Shown: positions 11,325 through 22,462, counted from the first letter of the stretch. The stretch is DNA of 64,000 bases from Alphaproteobacteria bacterium (GCA_964291215.2 OZ219791.1:1312001-1376000); one strand, 5' to 3'. Numbers and translations: made by a program. Notes: a model not told the origin generated them from the letters alone.

Positions 11325-12961
11325 GTGCGCCAGGCAAACTGGTGGAATGTTGCCGGGTGCAAGTCCCGAGAGAGGCTAACCACCACTTTCTCCGTGAACC
11401 ATGCGTCGTGAGGCGCCAGGCGAAGCGTTGGGGAGCGGCAGGCCAGGCTATTGAGCCACGAGATGCTTTGAAACCGGAGTGCCGAGGTCGTCCAAGTGGG
11501 CAACACCCCGCGAGCCGCGTTGGTGAGGGGGGCTCCGCGGGGTCCGAGAACCATGGCCGAAGCAGGGACCTGGGAGGTCTTGCCCCTCTGTCGTGGAGGG
11601 GCCGCAGAGGAAAGGAACTATTCCATAAACCGATGATGAACGAGAAGTCAGATCCGGCCATAGTACCGTTGAAGGCGGCGAACAAAGGTTCTCCGGAGCC
11701 TGCGGAGTTGCTGGAGGGAAGGGCAATGCGGTTGGCCCGCGCCGCGCGCAGAAGCGGGGGTCACAGGCGGCTGAACGCAGGTAGCGAAGAGGAACCCGGA
11801 AGAGCGTCTTTACTCCACCACGTGACGGTCGACGCTCTGCACGACGCGTTCCATTCCTTGAGGAAGGACGCGGCGGCGGGGCGTTGTGTGGCAAGCATAC
11901 GCGGAAGGGGTGGAACTGGTTGATCTACACGCCCGTGTGCACAGGGGTGCGTACCGGGCGCCTCCAGGGTTTACATTCCCAAGGAGGATGGAGGGCAACG
12001 ACCGCTTGCCTCGGACAAGATTCTTCAGCGGGCAGTGTGATTCTGGTGCCGCTCTACGAAACGGAGTTCCTCGGTTTCAGCTACGGTTTCCGGCCGGGAC
12101 GCATCATGCGCTCGACGCCGTCACGGTGGAACGGCGGAAGGTCAACTGGATCGTTGACGCCCGCGGGTTCTTTGACAATCTCGACCGCGACCACCTGATT
12201 GCGATGCTCGGGAAACGGATCGGGGGGTTATCCGGCTGATCATCAAGTGGCTGAACGCCGGCGTCATGGAAGGGACCGACTGGCAAGGGAACACCGCAGG
12301 GGGCGATTGTATCGCCCTGCCTCGCGAACGTTTACCTGCACTACGTGCGACTGGGTCCAGAACCACTGGCGCAAGCGGATGGCTGGAGGCGACACGATCA
12401 TTATGCGGACGACTTCGTGTGCGGCTTTCAGCATCTGAGCGACGCGCAGCGCTTTCTCCGGGACCTTGGGGAGAGGCTGGCCCACTTGAACTGCACCCGG
12501 ACAATCATCGAGTTCGGTCGGTTTGCCAGAGCGAACCGCCGGAAGCAGGGCAAGACGTTCGACTTCCTCGGCATGACGCACTTCTGCGAACAGACGAGGA
12601 AAGGCAGGTTCAGGGTCGGTCGCAAACCGTCTCGCAAACGGGCACCCTGCGGCGGATCAAGGGGGCCTTGCGCATGCGATGGCACGACAACCGGCACGAA
12701 ACGGCCAAGTGGTGAGTCATCAACGGCTGCTACTACGCCGTCCCGGGAAGCAGTCAATCCCTGCAGGGGTTCATACACCAATGCAAACGGCTGCGTGCCC
12801 TTCGGCGACGCTCCCAAAAGGACTTCACCGGGGACATAGACACCCTCACCGCTGCCCACTGAGCCAGCATCCGTGGCCAAACCAGCGCCTTGTCGTCAGG
12901 GGAGGAGCGAACAGCGCACGTCCGGTTCTGTGCGGGGGGTAACCCGGTTCCCTACCGCAAT
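11325..12961 (+). mobile_element. Group II intron copy 3 (RT pseudogene)
   Basis: Directly abuts copy 2; ends CGCAAT and IS66 sequence resumes with GGTCGTCTGTGAAGC. Confidence 0.93.
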
Positions 12962-15086
12962 GGTCGTCTGTGAAGCGCAGGTTTTCGTGTTTCACGAGAC
13001 GTTCGTGCAGGTTGTGCGCGCCGGACTTGCGTCCACGTTTTCCTTTCGGCGGGATATCGGGCAGTTCCCTGGCGCCCTGATGGTGCGGTAGCGCTTGCGC
13101 CCGGCGTCGTTCAGGGTTTTGGATGCGCTCTTGTTGACCTTGTGGCAGGGAGCAGGCTCTTCATCAGTCGCGCGGTAGCCTCGACGACAAAGGTCAGTTC
13201 GCGCAGCAGGTGGCTGCCGCTGGTGGCTACACTGGCCCATGTACGAGGCCCAGGACGCCCTTGTAACACGGGATGATGCCGATCTCTTGCCCGCGCTTGC
13301 GGTGCGGGAACTTGCACGTCAGGGTCCCACGACATGGAGCCACTTACTGTTGATCCGAAATCGTCGACATCGGGCGTTGCAGGAGGTGCGCCACGGCGGC
13401 CTCCTCCCATGACGCATCGTGAAAGCATAGCCGAGGCCTCGGAGAGCTTGATATCGCCTGCACGAGCGCGACGGCGCAGGGACAGCATTTGGGCGACCAG
13501 CAGGTTGATGACGAGGGCCTGGATGCCGATGCCGTAATGCACGGGATGTTGTCGGGGAACCGGCCCCGGGCCTTGCACTTCGGACATTCCTTGATCTCGG
13601 CGCGGCGCTCGACGACCTCGAACACGATGTCGTGCGGCGCTCCCGATCGACGGGGCCGTCGATGTCGGCGCCGCAGGCCGCGACCGTTTCCTCGACGATG
13701 GTCTTGCGCAGGTTGTCGCCCATCTGCCGGTTCGGCTTCGGGCCGTTGCTCCCGGCACGCTCTCGTCCTTGTCCGTCTGTGACGGCGGCAGACCGGAGTT
13801 CCGGCTCGTGCGTAGTCTTCTCCAGAAGGACGACGATGATGATGTCGAGCAGGATGACGAGGACGCGGATCACGGCCTCTTTCGGCACCTTGCCGGCAGC
13901 GCCGCGGTCTTGGCCGCTTCGAACTCCTCGCGCGCCGCGTTGACCGTCGCCATCACCCGGTCTTGCGCTTCATCAGCGCGCCGCCTCCGAGATGCGTTTC
14001 CACATACAGATCATGCGGGGGCTGGAGCCTCGGAAGCAGCTGGCACAGCCCGCTCGTCGCCTTCGATCCAAAGTAGCCCACTGGCGGTCCCCTCGATTAC
14101 CACCACTAAACGAATCGGCCTGCAGTGTCAAATCTCCACGAAAACCCGTTCATTGCTCTACCCCGACATCAAGCCGGAACCAGGGGGTGAGCAGTTACGA
14201 GGCGGCAAATAAGACCCTCGTCACACAGCGCATGAAACGCTCTGGCATGCGCTGGCGCATCGTCGGCGGACAATCACCTTCCGCGCCCTGCTCGAAGCCA
14301 GCCGCTTCGAGAGCGCGTGGACGGCCATGATCGGTGCAGACGACGCACCAGCCAACGACAACATCAGCCCAAATCACACCCCGGCACTGGCCGTACGAGA
14401 TGAACAAATGGTACTGAGCCTGCAACTGTGCCATACGAAACTCTCACCCTTCGCCGCTTCCTGTGGCGTGGGAGTTGCGGGCGCCGCTGGTCGCGCAGGA
14501 GTTGTGCTCGATTTATCAGCGGCGCTTTCCGGCGCGCGCAGGGGCATCGCCTCGGTACTGTGCGTGATGGCGCGGCTTGCGAACCGGCGCGGCGGCGCAC
14601 TACGACGCAGAAGGAGCTGGAGCAGCATGGAAGAACAGGGACAAGCCGGTCTCGACCGTGCACCGGGTGCTGCAGAACACCGACCCGGGATGGATCGAGG
14701 ATGCGGCGCGCAGCCGCAGGTCGGCAACGCGGTCGACGGCAAGCGCACCGGCGAGGATCATTACGAGACAGTCTCGCTGGCCGGTATTCGATCCTCAACT
14801 ATCACGACGGGGAGATCGCTGCCGTCCACGCCGCGACGGCGCTGGCCGTCTGCTCACCCTCGACGCGCTCCACACCACCCGCGAGGCTGATCATCGAGAC
14901 CCATCGCGCGGACTGATGGTCAAGGGCAACGCACCTTCGAGAGAGCATCAACTGGAAGACCGCCAGCGCTACAACGAAAAGCCCGCGCATGGCCGCCAGC
15001 GCATCATCTTCACCCCGCTGGCGAAGATGATCAACTATGTCAAGCAGATCTTCCGCGTCACCCGGCACGTCGAATTCAGGAAATCC

Positions 15087-16288
15087 GCCCCACTTCCAGT
15101 CTGAAGTGCAACATCCGGCCCTCATCGCAGTGAGGGCGTAGCCCGAACGGAGATGAGGGCCGGATGTTGCGCAAATTTTTCCCCTCTGCTCTTCTCGATT
15201 CCGCCTGGGAACAGCTTCAGTTCCTTCAACATCGAGCTTATGCAACGCCTTTGTCGGCTTCAAGCCACTATTTCGTCGTCGCGCGGCATGGACCCTGCTG
15301 CACGTTGCGGCTTTGGAACGCAGATGGTCAGCGCGGTTTCACTTCAAGATTACCTCCGTCGGCGATCCCAGGACTTTCCGAGTGTTGAGCCGCACCTTCT
15401 GAACATCTTCGTTGCATGTCGCGCGAAAGTCCGTGCCCTTCGGGAAGTACTCCCGCACCAGGCCGTTGGTGTGCTCATTCAAGCCGCGCTCCCAGGAATG
15501 GAAAGGCGAAGAAGAAATCTGCGTCAAGTGCGACACGCCTGTGGTCTGCGAACTCTTTGCCGTTGTGATTGTGTGGACCAATAGCGCACCAGAGCCGAGC
15601 AGGCGGATCATACCAACCGTGTCTTTCTGTCCACCCAGCAAGGTGTATTTCGTGGCACGAGCGACACGACAGCTCCACTGTGAGCTTTGCCGATGATGGC
15701 TCCCAGTCGCCGATCCGTTCCTTTGCCTCCGCAGGGCGCTCGGAAATGTCCACTCGGCCAGGAATGTGGCCCCGATGGCATCCGCCCTTCCAGTTCGGCT
15801 TCTTGCCGCGCCGCCGAAGCTTCTTCCACAAGACGCCCCGGCTCTCCGATCTTCGGCGATCATGGATCCGTTGCCAACCCACGGCCCTCCAGTCGAAAAC
15901 GGCCGCTGCTCGGGGCCCTCCCGCAGCTTTTTCTGAGCTTCAGCCCGAGGCGTCAACCGCCAAGAAACAGACAAGGCGGCCCTGCGGCGCGTTTCTGCCA
16001 TCCTTTGCGCCTGCTTGTGACGGTAACCCCGTCCCCCGGTGTTGCGCTTGATCTCCCGGAAAATTGTTGATCGGCCCAGCTGCCGAGCAATCGCACCTCG
16101 TGAAAGACCGCTTTTCTGCCTCAATCTGACATCGCTCTTCGTAGGTGACGGTAGCCTTTGGACATGAACAAGCTCCCTTCATCTTGTACAGGAACTCTCG
16201 CCGCTGCTGGACAGCTCCGCAACATCATGCGTCTAAAAACACATGGCCACAGCCCATCATGTGTTGCACTTCACTATGGAACGGGGGG
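15087..16288 (-). mobile_element. IS30-family element copy A (degenerate)
   Basis: IRs CCCCACTTCCAGTCTGAAGTGCAACA / TGTTGCACTTCACTATGGAACGGGG; STIFREIKRN, RIGDWE, NGKEF, WERGLNEHTNGLVREYFPKGTDF. Confidence 0.92.
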
Positions 16289-16672
16289 ACAAATTCTGGC
16301 TAGTTTGGCGTATAAGCCCCATGCGGAATGGCGGAGTATCCCGGCGCGACAACGTTGCCGATTGTGTGGAACATGTGGCACAGGGTCCGGGCGGGCAAGT
16401 GTTGTCGGCCAGCCGCGACTCCTTGCCGGCGTTGAGGATGCACGACTTCCCGCGGCATTGACTCGCCCGGTGCAGCCGGACATCGTCAACGTCATCCGAA
16501 ACGTTCATGCCCGGAGCGGGGTCATGGAGCAGATGCAGGGCAAGATCGAACGACGGGGTGGCGATGATCCGGCAAATGGCCGGTGCGGGCGAACGGTCGG
16601 CCTTCAGAGCAGGTTGGCGCGAATGACCTTCGCGCCGGGCGAGGGATCACTGCTGATCTCGGAGAGACTTCG

Positions 16673-18124
16673 GTGACGTCCGTCGATGTCGCCGTCGTGG
16701 GCGGCGGATACACTGGCGCCGTCTTTGCGATCTACCTGTCGCGTCTGGTCGGGCGGCCGCTCGACATCGCGATCGTCGAGCCGCGCAAACGTCCCGGTCG
16801 CGGCGTCGCCTACGATACCGACGATCCCGACCTTCGGCTCAACGCGCCGCTGCCGGTGCATTTCGTCTTCCCGGATGCGCCGGACCATCTGAGCGACTGG
16901 TACGCCGAACAGAACTCCTTGGCGCGCGATCCCGGCGCGCTGGTCGCGGATGGCAGCATCTATATGCGCCGCGGGGATTTCGGACGCTACGTCGAAGAAC
17001 AGCTTCGCGCGCATATCGACGGCAATCCTTCCGGCTCGAGGCTCCGGCATGTCCGATCCCGCGCCTTGGCCGCGCACCGAACGCCCGATGGCTACAGGCT
17101 GGCCTTGGATGACGGGCGGACGCTGTCGGTCGGGCTGACGGTTCTTGCCTCCGGCTACGATGCCCCCCGTGCGCCGCCGCCCTTTGATGGTGCAATCTCC
17201 GGTCATGCCGGGTTCGTTGTCGATCCGTGGAATACCGCTCGGGTCCGGGAAATTCCGGCCGATGCCAGGGTCCTGGTGCTCGGCATGGCGCAAACGGCTG
17301 CGGATGTAATCGCTGTGCTGGTGCGTTCCGGGCACAGGGGATCCATCACGGCGGTCTCGCGTCACGGCCTCTATCCCCGCCGCCGCCCGCCCGCAATTCC
17401 CGGCTCGCCACCGGACGTCATGGAACGCTTGGTTCGGCCGGTTTCCCTGTTCACGGCGGCGCACGGCCGGCACAAAAGCGTGCGCTGCCTGCTTCGGACG
17501 CTGCGGTCCGAAGTGCGCCGGGCCGAGGCCGTGGGCGGCAGTTGGGTCGAGCCCTTCGGCGATTTGAGGGATTCGGTCTGGGAGCTCTGGCCGGCGCTGC
17601 CGCTGGCGGAGAAGCGCCGGTTCTTGCGCCACTTGCGGGCCTGGTACGATGTCTACCGGTTCCAGCTGTCGCCGCAGGTCGACAGCCGCATCGCCGGTGC
17701 CGAGGTCCAAGGACAGGTTTCGTTCGAGGCGGCTTTCTGCATGTCGGCCGCGTCGGAGGATGGCGCCCTGTTGGTCACCCTGCGCCGAAGGGGTGGTCGC
17801 GAGTGCCGCCGCAAGGCGTTTGATGCCGTCGTGAACTGCACCGGGCCAAGCATGCGGCCGGACCGGTCCAACAATCCCCTTGTGGCAAGTCTTGTGGCGT
17901 CCGGCTACGCGGCGCCCCATCCGGCCGGAGTGGGTTTCAGAGTCGACGACGAGTGCCGCGCGATCGGCGCCGATGGGCGCGCGGATCCGCATTTGCGGAT
18001 CGTCGGCCCGTTGACCTATGGCGCGTTCGCTGACCAGCAGGGCGCCGCGTTCATCGCGCTGCGGCTGCACCGAATTATGCCCGGCGTCGTCGCCTCGCTG
18101 AACCCGGTAGGGCGGTTTCGTTGA
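16673..18124 (+). CDS. FAD/NAD(P)-binding protein (NAD_binding_9/YdhS-like oxidoreductase)
   Basis: VAVVGGGYTG, GRGVAY..LRLN, RGDFGRYV, VLVLGMAQTAAD, VVNCTGP, GPLTYG; GTG start after GGAGAG. Confidence 0.82.
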   Translation: MTSVDVAVVGGGYTGAVFAIYLSRLVGRPLDIAIVEPRKRPGRGVAYDTDDPDLRLNAPLPVHFVFPDAPDHLSDWYAEQNSLARDPGALVADGSIYMRRGDFGRYVEEQLRAHIDGNPSGSRLRHVRSRALAAHRTPDGYRLALDDGRTLSVGLTVLASGYDAPRAPPPFDGAISGHAGFVVDPWNTARVREIPADARVLVLGMAQTAADVIAVLVRSGHRGSITAVSRHGLYPRRRPPAIPGSPPDVMERLVRPVSLFTAAHGRHKSVRCLLRTLRSEVRRAEAVGGSWVEPFGDLRDSVWELWPALPLAEKRRFLRHLRAWYDVYRFQLSPQVDSRIAGAEVQGQVSFEAAFCMSAASEDGALLVTLRRRGGRECRRKAFDAVVNCTGPSMRPDRSNNPLVASLVASGYAAPHPAGVGFRVDDECRAIGADGRADPHLRIVGPLTYGAFADQQGAAFIALRLHRIMPGVVASLNPVGRFR

Positions 18125-18235
18125 CGGTGTATCCGTACGGACCGGCGCAGGGTAGGTTTCCGCGGGCAGGACCGGTCCGGCTGGAACCCTTTGATGCGCC
18201 TGGTGGTCTGTCCTCCGCCGGCAAGGGCTGAGCGC

Positions 18236-20083
18236 CACGGTGATCCCACGCTAGGTTTGTTGGAAGGGTCGGTTTCGCTTATTCAGGATGATTCGCATTT
18301 TCGCTGGCTTTTTGTGAAGCGACGTAGTATCCGTTGTCGTGGGGGCAGCGGATTTTTTTGAGACGACTCCGGAGGGTTTTGCGCTCCGGGATGTGGTTGT
18401 GCGCCTTGCGCGGCCTGATGTCGCTGAAATCGTGTCGTTGACCGTATCTTGGTTTCAAGCAGTTTGCCGGTCGAGGTCTGCGTGTTCACCTGGCGCGGGC
18501 GGTGGATTGGTGCTGCGGGCTGGCAGACGGGCGTCCTCAGCTGCGCACCCGTTGGATTGGCTGGCGCCGCGAGGAACAGTTCAGGCGGTTGCCGGGAACA
18601 ACACGAGGTTTGTTGTTCCTGGTGGTCGTTTCCGGGCCTTGCCTCGTTTGCGTTGTCGCGGATGGTGCGGCGTGGCGACTGGGAGGCTGCGTACGGCCAT
18701 CCGTTGCTTGTTGCGGAGTCGTTTGTCTCGCCGACGAAGTTCAGCGGCACCATGTACAAAGCGGCGAACTGGGAGTGCGTTGGCAAGGGCTATGCGCGCG
18801 CCAGCGGGCGCTATACCGACCGGCACGGGGAGGCGAAGGATCTTTACGTGTTTCCGCTGCGTCGCGATGCCTGTCGTCGGCTGCGGGATCGTTCACCGCT
18901 TCCTGTGGCGTGGGAGTTGCGGGCGCCGCTGGTCGGCGCAGGAGTTGCGCTCGATTTATCAGCGGCGCTTTCCGACTTCCGGCGCGCGCAGGGGCACCGC
19001 ATCGCCTCGGTGCTGTGCGTGATTTTGCTGGCTTGCGAACCGGCACGGTGCGGTTGCGGCGGCGCACTACGACGCAGAAGGAGCTGGAGCAGCATGGAAG
19101 AACAGGGACAAGCCGGTTTCCAAATCGACCGTGCACCGGGTGCTGCAGAACACCGACCCGGGATGGATCGAGGATGCGGCGCGCAGCCGCAGGTCGGCAA
19201 CGCGGTCGACGGCAAGCGCATCCGCGGCCGCACCGGCGAGGATCATTACGAGACGGTCTCGCTGGCACGGGACCGGTATGCCGGTTTCGATCCTCAACTA
19301 TAACGACGGGGAGATCGCTGCCGTCCACGCCGCGACGGCGCCGGCCGTCTGCTCACCCTCGACGCGCTCCACACCACCCGCGAGGCTGATCATCGAGACC
19401 CATCGCGCGGACTGATGGTCAAGGGCAACGCACCTTCGAGAGAGCATCAACTGGAAGACCGCCAGCGCTACAACGAAAAGCCCGCGCATGGCCGCCAGCG
19501 CACCATCTTCACCCCGCTGGCGAAGATGATCAACTAGTCAAGCAGATCTTCCGCGTCACCCGGCGCGTCGAATTCAAGAAATCCGGAAAACGGACAACCG
19601 AATACGGCATGACCTCGGTCAAGGCCGAACGCGCCTCGCCGCAACAGCTGCTCGCATGGAATCGCGGACACTGGGTAGTCGAGAGCCATCATCATGTCCG
19701 CGACGCCACCTTCCGCGAAGACGACTCCATGCTCCGAACGCGCCCGCAAACAACGCGATCACCCTCGCAATCATCATCCGCAACAAGCTGCCCAAACCCT
19801 TCAACAGCTTCGTCGACACCACTATGCCGACAAACGCAAGCAGGTCCTGCACGCAATCACAAGACCAGGCTGACCGCGCCTCTCTCCCCGACAGAAACCG
19901 CAAGCCTTCGAGCCCGGCAACCAAACTCGGCAGGCCTCTCGCTCGCCCCGGATACGCCGACCAATCGCGCCCCGCGCCGCAACAGCGCGTCAGCAAATCT
20001 CAAAATCGCAGTCTCGAACGCGTCGACCCGCGCCGCGATCAGGACTCCGATCACATCACATCAACAAGCATGGGATCATCTTG
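18236..20083 (+). mobile_element. ISAs1/DUF4338 element copy 2 (both ends present, degenerate)
   Basis: Ends CACGGTGATCCCA / TGGGATCATCTTG; C-terminal WNRGHWVVESHHHVRDATFRED (ISAs1 signature). Confidence 0.88.
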
Positions 20084-20112
20084 CAAGCCGGAACCAGGGG
20101 GTGAGCAGTTAC
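20084..20112 (-). mobile_element. IS66 terminal remnant
   Basis: CAAGCCGGAACCAGGGGGTGAGCAGTTAC, identical to the IS66 end at 14170-14198. Confidence 0.85.
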
Positions 20113-20173
20113 GTACTGGGAAAAAGGGATCACGGACTGATCAAGTCAACTCACGAGGTCAGGACCTCTGAGT

Positions 20174-21880
20174 CTACTCCGTGTCTATCCTCGCTGCGTA
20201 GCCGCCGGCAGCGTGCCCGGTCCCGAAGTGGGCGTTGAAGGTGCCGATCATGCCGTCCGGACGCCCCGGGCCGGAATGGTGATAGCCCTCACCCTGCCAC
20301 TCGCCGGCTTGAGGCATGTCGCCGCCGGGAGCGGCGGAACCCTGGGCAACGCCTTCAACGTCGATGAGGTCTTCGTATTCAGCCGTCCCCTCCTGGAGCG
20401 TAACGCTCCAGTCCGAGCCGACGGCACTCCCCTTGAAGTTGTCGATCTTTCCTTTCAGTTTGGACTTGACGGCGCCAACCACGAACGTCGCGTTGAGCGT
20501 CACATCCGCCGTGAACTGTCCCGACTTTTGCCCCGTATGCGTGCCGGCGGTGTAGGTCTTCAGCACCGACAGGCCAAAGGCCTCGCCCTTGTAGGTGGCG
20601 GTTTTGGCGAGCCCGGCGGTCTCGCTGACATCCCCGCCATAGCCGGCGGGGGCGTGGGCGAAGAGACGAATCCCGACATCCTCGCCGGTCTCATACAGCC
20701 AGTACCCGTAGCGGGCATAGGCTCCATACCGCGTGTAGTGGGCGTCGGTCGCCTTCATCCGGTAGTAGCGCGTTTGATCGCCGCTCTCTTCCCCGAGCCA
20801 CTGGAAAAACAGGTTGCCGGTCAGCTTGCCTTCGTCAACCGTGCAGCTGCCCTGGCAGTGCAGCGTCCCCTTGACCCCCTTGTAATACTGGGTATCGGCC
20901 TTGTTGTTGGGGAATGCGGGAAGCGCCGTCAGGGCCGTTCCATCCGAGCCGGTGAGTACGGAAAGGGGCATCCCGGCAAGGGGCAGGACATCGACATCCA
21001 TGTTGTCGGTGCCGAAGGCCTTCTTGATCAGGTTCCCCGCTCCGGCAATCTGCTCCCAGGTCATGACGTCTTCCGGGAGGCCGCGCAGGTCATACTTGAG
21101 GTAGGCCCTGGAGCGGCCAGTGTTGTCGGTCTGGTCTGGATCGGAAGTGGCGGGGAGGACAACCTTCGTCGGTACAACACCAATAAGATCATCATCGGTA
21201 TCGTCTTCCCTCCGGCTCGTCGTAGCCCCGACCTTCGGTGCGCCGTCGCTCTCGCTGAAAGGCTGCAGCATGTAGAGGACCCCCCGTGCGCCAGAGTAGG
21301 TGCCCTGGTTCCCGGAGGCGTCGGCGTCGCCAGCGGGGGTTTCGTCGGCGCGCGCCTTGATCTTCGCCTCGGTATCGACCCTCCCGGCATAGCCGTTGAT
21401 CGTTCTCAGATACCCCTCGATGAGCTTGATCTCCGCCTCCACTTTCTCGATCGCACTCGCGGCCACTTCTTTTTGCGCCGCGAGGCCGGGCGTGTCGGAC
21501 GACGCGGCGTCCAACTCCTTCTTCGCCTCCTCGGCCTTCATCTTCTCCGCCTTGGCCTCCGCCAGCGCCTTCTCGACCGCCGCCTTCGCGTCCGTTATGA
21601 TCTTGGCGTTGGTCGCGACTACCCCGCTGTCGCCGCCTGTGTTGTAGATGTCAGCTGGGTCCGCCTTCTTGGCCGCGTCAAGCTGCGTTTTCGCTGTCGT
21701 CCTGGCCGTCATGGCCGCCTTTTCGGCCGCCTTGGCGTTGTTGTACCAGTCGTCCGGCGTCATCATCTGCTCCTCACCGCCCATCGCCGTGGCCGGCTTC
21801 TTCGACCCGCCGCCGCAGCTCGCGAGCGCCAAACCCGCAGCGGCCAGCGCCGCCAAGGTCACATATTTCATAGTTCTCAT
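20174..21880 (-). CDS. Surface lipoprotein with Ala/Lys-rich stalk and C-terminal TbpB-like beta-barrel (putative Slam/type XI secretion cargo)
   Basis: Lipobox LALASC followed by GGGS; helical N-terminus; C-terminal ATYKGEAFG..FTADVTLNATF..GKIDNF..GEWQG..GTFNAHF..AGGYAA; AAGGAG RBS. Confidence 0.75.
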   Translation of the reverse strand: MRTMKYVTLAALAAAGLALASCGGGSKKPATAMGGEEQMMTPDDWYNNAKAAEKAAMTARTTAKTQLDAAKKADPADIYNTGGDSGVVATNAKIITDAKAAVEKALAEAKAEKMKAEEAKKELDAASSDTPGLAAQKEVAASAIEKVEAEIKLIEGYLRTINGYAGRVDTEAKIKARADETPAGDADASGNQGTYSGARGVLYMLQPFSESDGAPKVGATTSRREDDTDDDLIGVVPTKVVLPATSDPDQTDNTGRSRAYLKYDLRGLPEDVMTWEQIAGAGNLIKKAFGTDNMDVDVLPLAGMPLSVLTGSDGTALTALPAFPNNKADTQYYKGVKGTLHCQGSCTVDEGKLTGNLFFQWLGEESGDQTRYYRMKATDAHYTRYGAYARYGYWLYETGEDVGIRLFAHAPAGYGGDVSETAGLAKTATYKGEAFGLSVLKTYTAGTHTGQKSGQFTADVTLNATFVVGAVKSKLKGKIDNFKGSAVGSDWSVTLQEGTAEYEDLIDVEGVAQGSAAPGGDMPQAGEWQGEGYHHSGPGRPDGMIGTFNAHFGTGHAAGGYAARIDTE

Positions 21881-21917
21881 CGAACTTTTCTCCTTAGGAA
21901 TCTCGCCAAAATGAATT

Positions 21918-21983
21918 GAAAGCCGCAGACATCATCAACGAGCACCACGACCAATCAGAACCCAACTAGGGGTGGGTAGATAC
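21918..21983 (+). mobile_element. IS66 right-end remnant truncating the FN3 gene
   Basis: Matches the IS66 end at 46862-46928 (..CAGAACCCAACTAGGGGTGGGTAGATAC). Confidence 0.85.
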
Positions 21984-22462
21984 ACGGAAAGCTGTATTGG
22001 CATCAGTCTGCGCGTAGACAATGAACTGATAAGGGGTTCCGTTCGTCAGGCCCGTTACCGTGTGGCTTCTTGTGCCGGAGTTGGAAGCTGGAATAGCGAT
22101 GGGTGTCCCAGCCCAACGATGTGCGCCGCCATTGATCTTGTACCCCCAACCGGTTAGCCCGCCGCCGGTATACGTCCAGTTCAGCGTCACCTGTCCGTTG
22201 CCCGCCGTGGCGGTGAGGACCGGCGATTGCGCCTGCGCGTATTGGGGCGCGAGGGCGGCGGCCAGCGCGATGAGGAAGAGGGCAGCGAATGCCGCCTTCA
22301 GGAGGCGGGCGGTTCTTTCGAGGGCGCCCACCGGCTCAGCCCCGCGCCCTGACTCTTGAGGGGGGGGGGGGGGGGGGGTACAACGAGTTCGCGCGCGCGT
22401 GAGGCGCTCCGTCCGAAGAGCCGCAGGTCATGCATCCCGACATCGCCCGGCGTCTGCGTCAT
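21984..22462 (-). pseudogene. Truncated secreted fibronectin type III domain protein with poly-C tract in its 5' coding region
   Basis: Signal peptide ending AQA|QS, FN3 motifs LTATAGNGQVTLNW and HTVTGLTNGTPYQFIVYA; ATG 22462 with GGAGG RBS is out of frame across the C19 tract. Confidence 0.75.
22360..22378. repeat. G19 homopolymer (C19 on the coding strand)
   Basis: 19 consecutive G. Confidence 0.95.

Larger units (their letters stand above)
7802..14198 (-). mobile_element. IS66-family element (degenerate) interrupted by the intron array
   Basis: Ends GTATCTACTCACCCC / GGGGTGAGCAGTTAC; exact 8-bp target duplication GAGGCGGC (7794-7801, 14199-14206); FTNNAGEQKIRMAKVKVSGCFRS motif. Confidence 0.92.
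7519..14449 (+). mobile_element. Internally deleted ISKra4-like element, split by IS66
   Basis: IRs GGGTGCAGTTCTCGTATGGC / GCCATACGAAACTCTCACCC; flanks TTCGTCGC / TTCGCCGC; transposase C-terminal remnant GSGIVEAA|NKTLVTQRMKRSGMRW. Confidence 0.8.
6855..15086 (+). mobile_element. ISAs1-family element with DUF4338 (DruA-like) ORF, copy 1 (degenerate, interrupted, right end lost at IS30)
   Basis: Left end CACGGTGATCCCA; fragments VFTWRGQWIGAAGWQTGAL..RDRWIGW and ESFVSPTKFSGTMYK..NW (DUF4338), AVDGKR and LLTLDALHT (ISAs1 DDE); sequence repeated at 18236 and 22579. Confidence 0.8.

Noticed and set aside
8039-12961. RT repeats as a retron, DGR or CRISPR-associated RT system
   Set aside because: GTGCG/AAT boundaries, DV/DVI-like ends and the RT motifs identify a group II intron; no template/variable repeat pair, msr/msd or cas genes are visible.
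20213-21919. 568-aa ORF antisense to the lipoprotein
   Set aside because: Shadow ORF from high-GC codon bias; the minus-strand ORF has the lipobox, RBS and domain signature. The same applies to other long antisense ORFs over polA, chvG and the GTPases.
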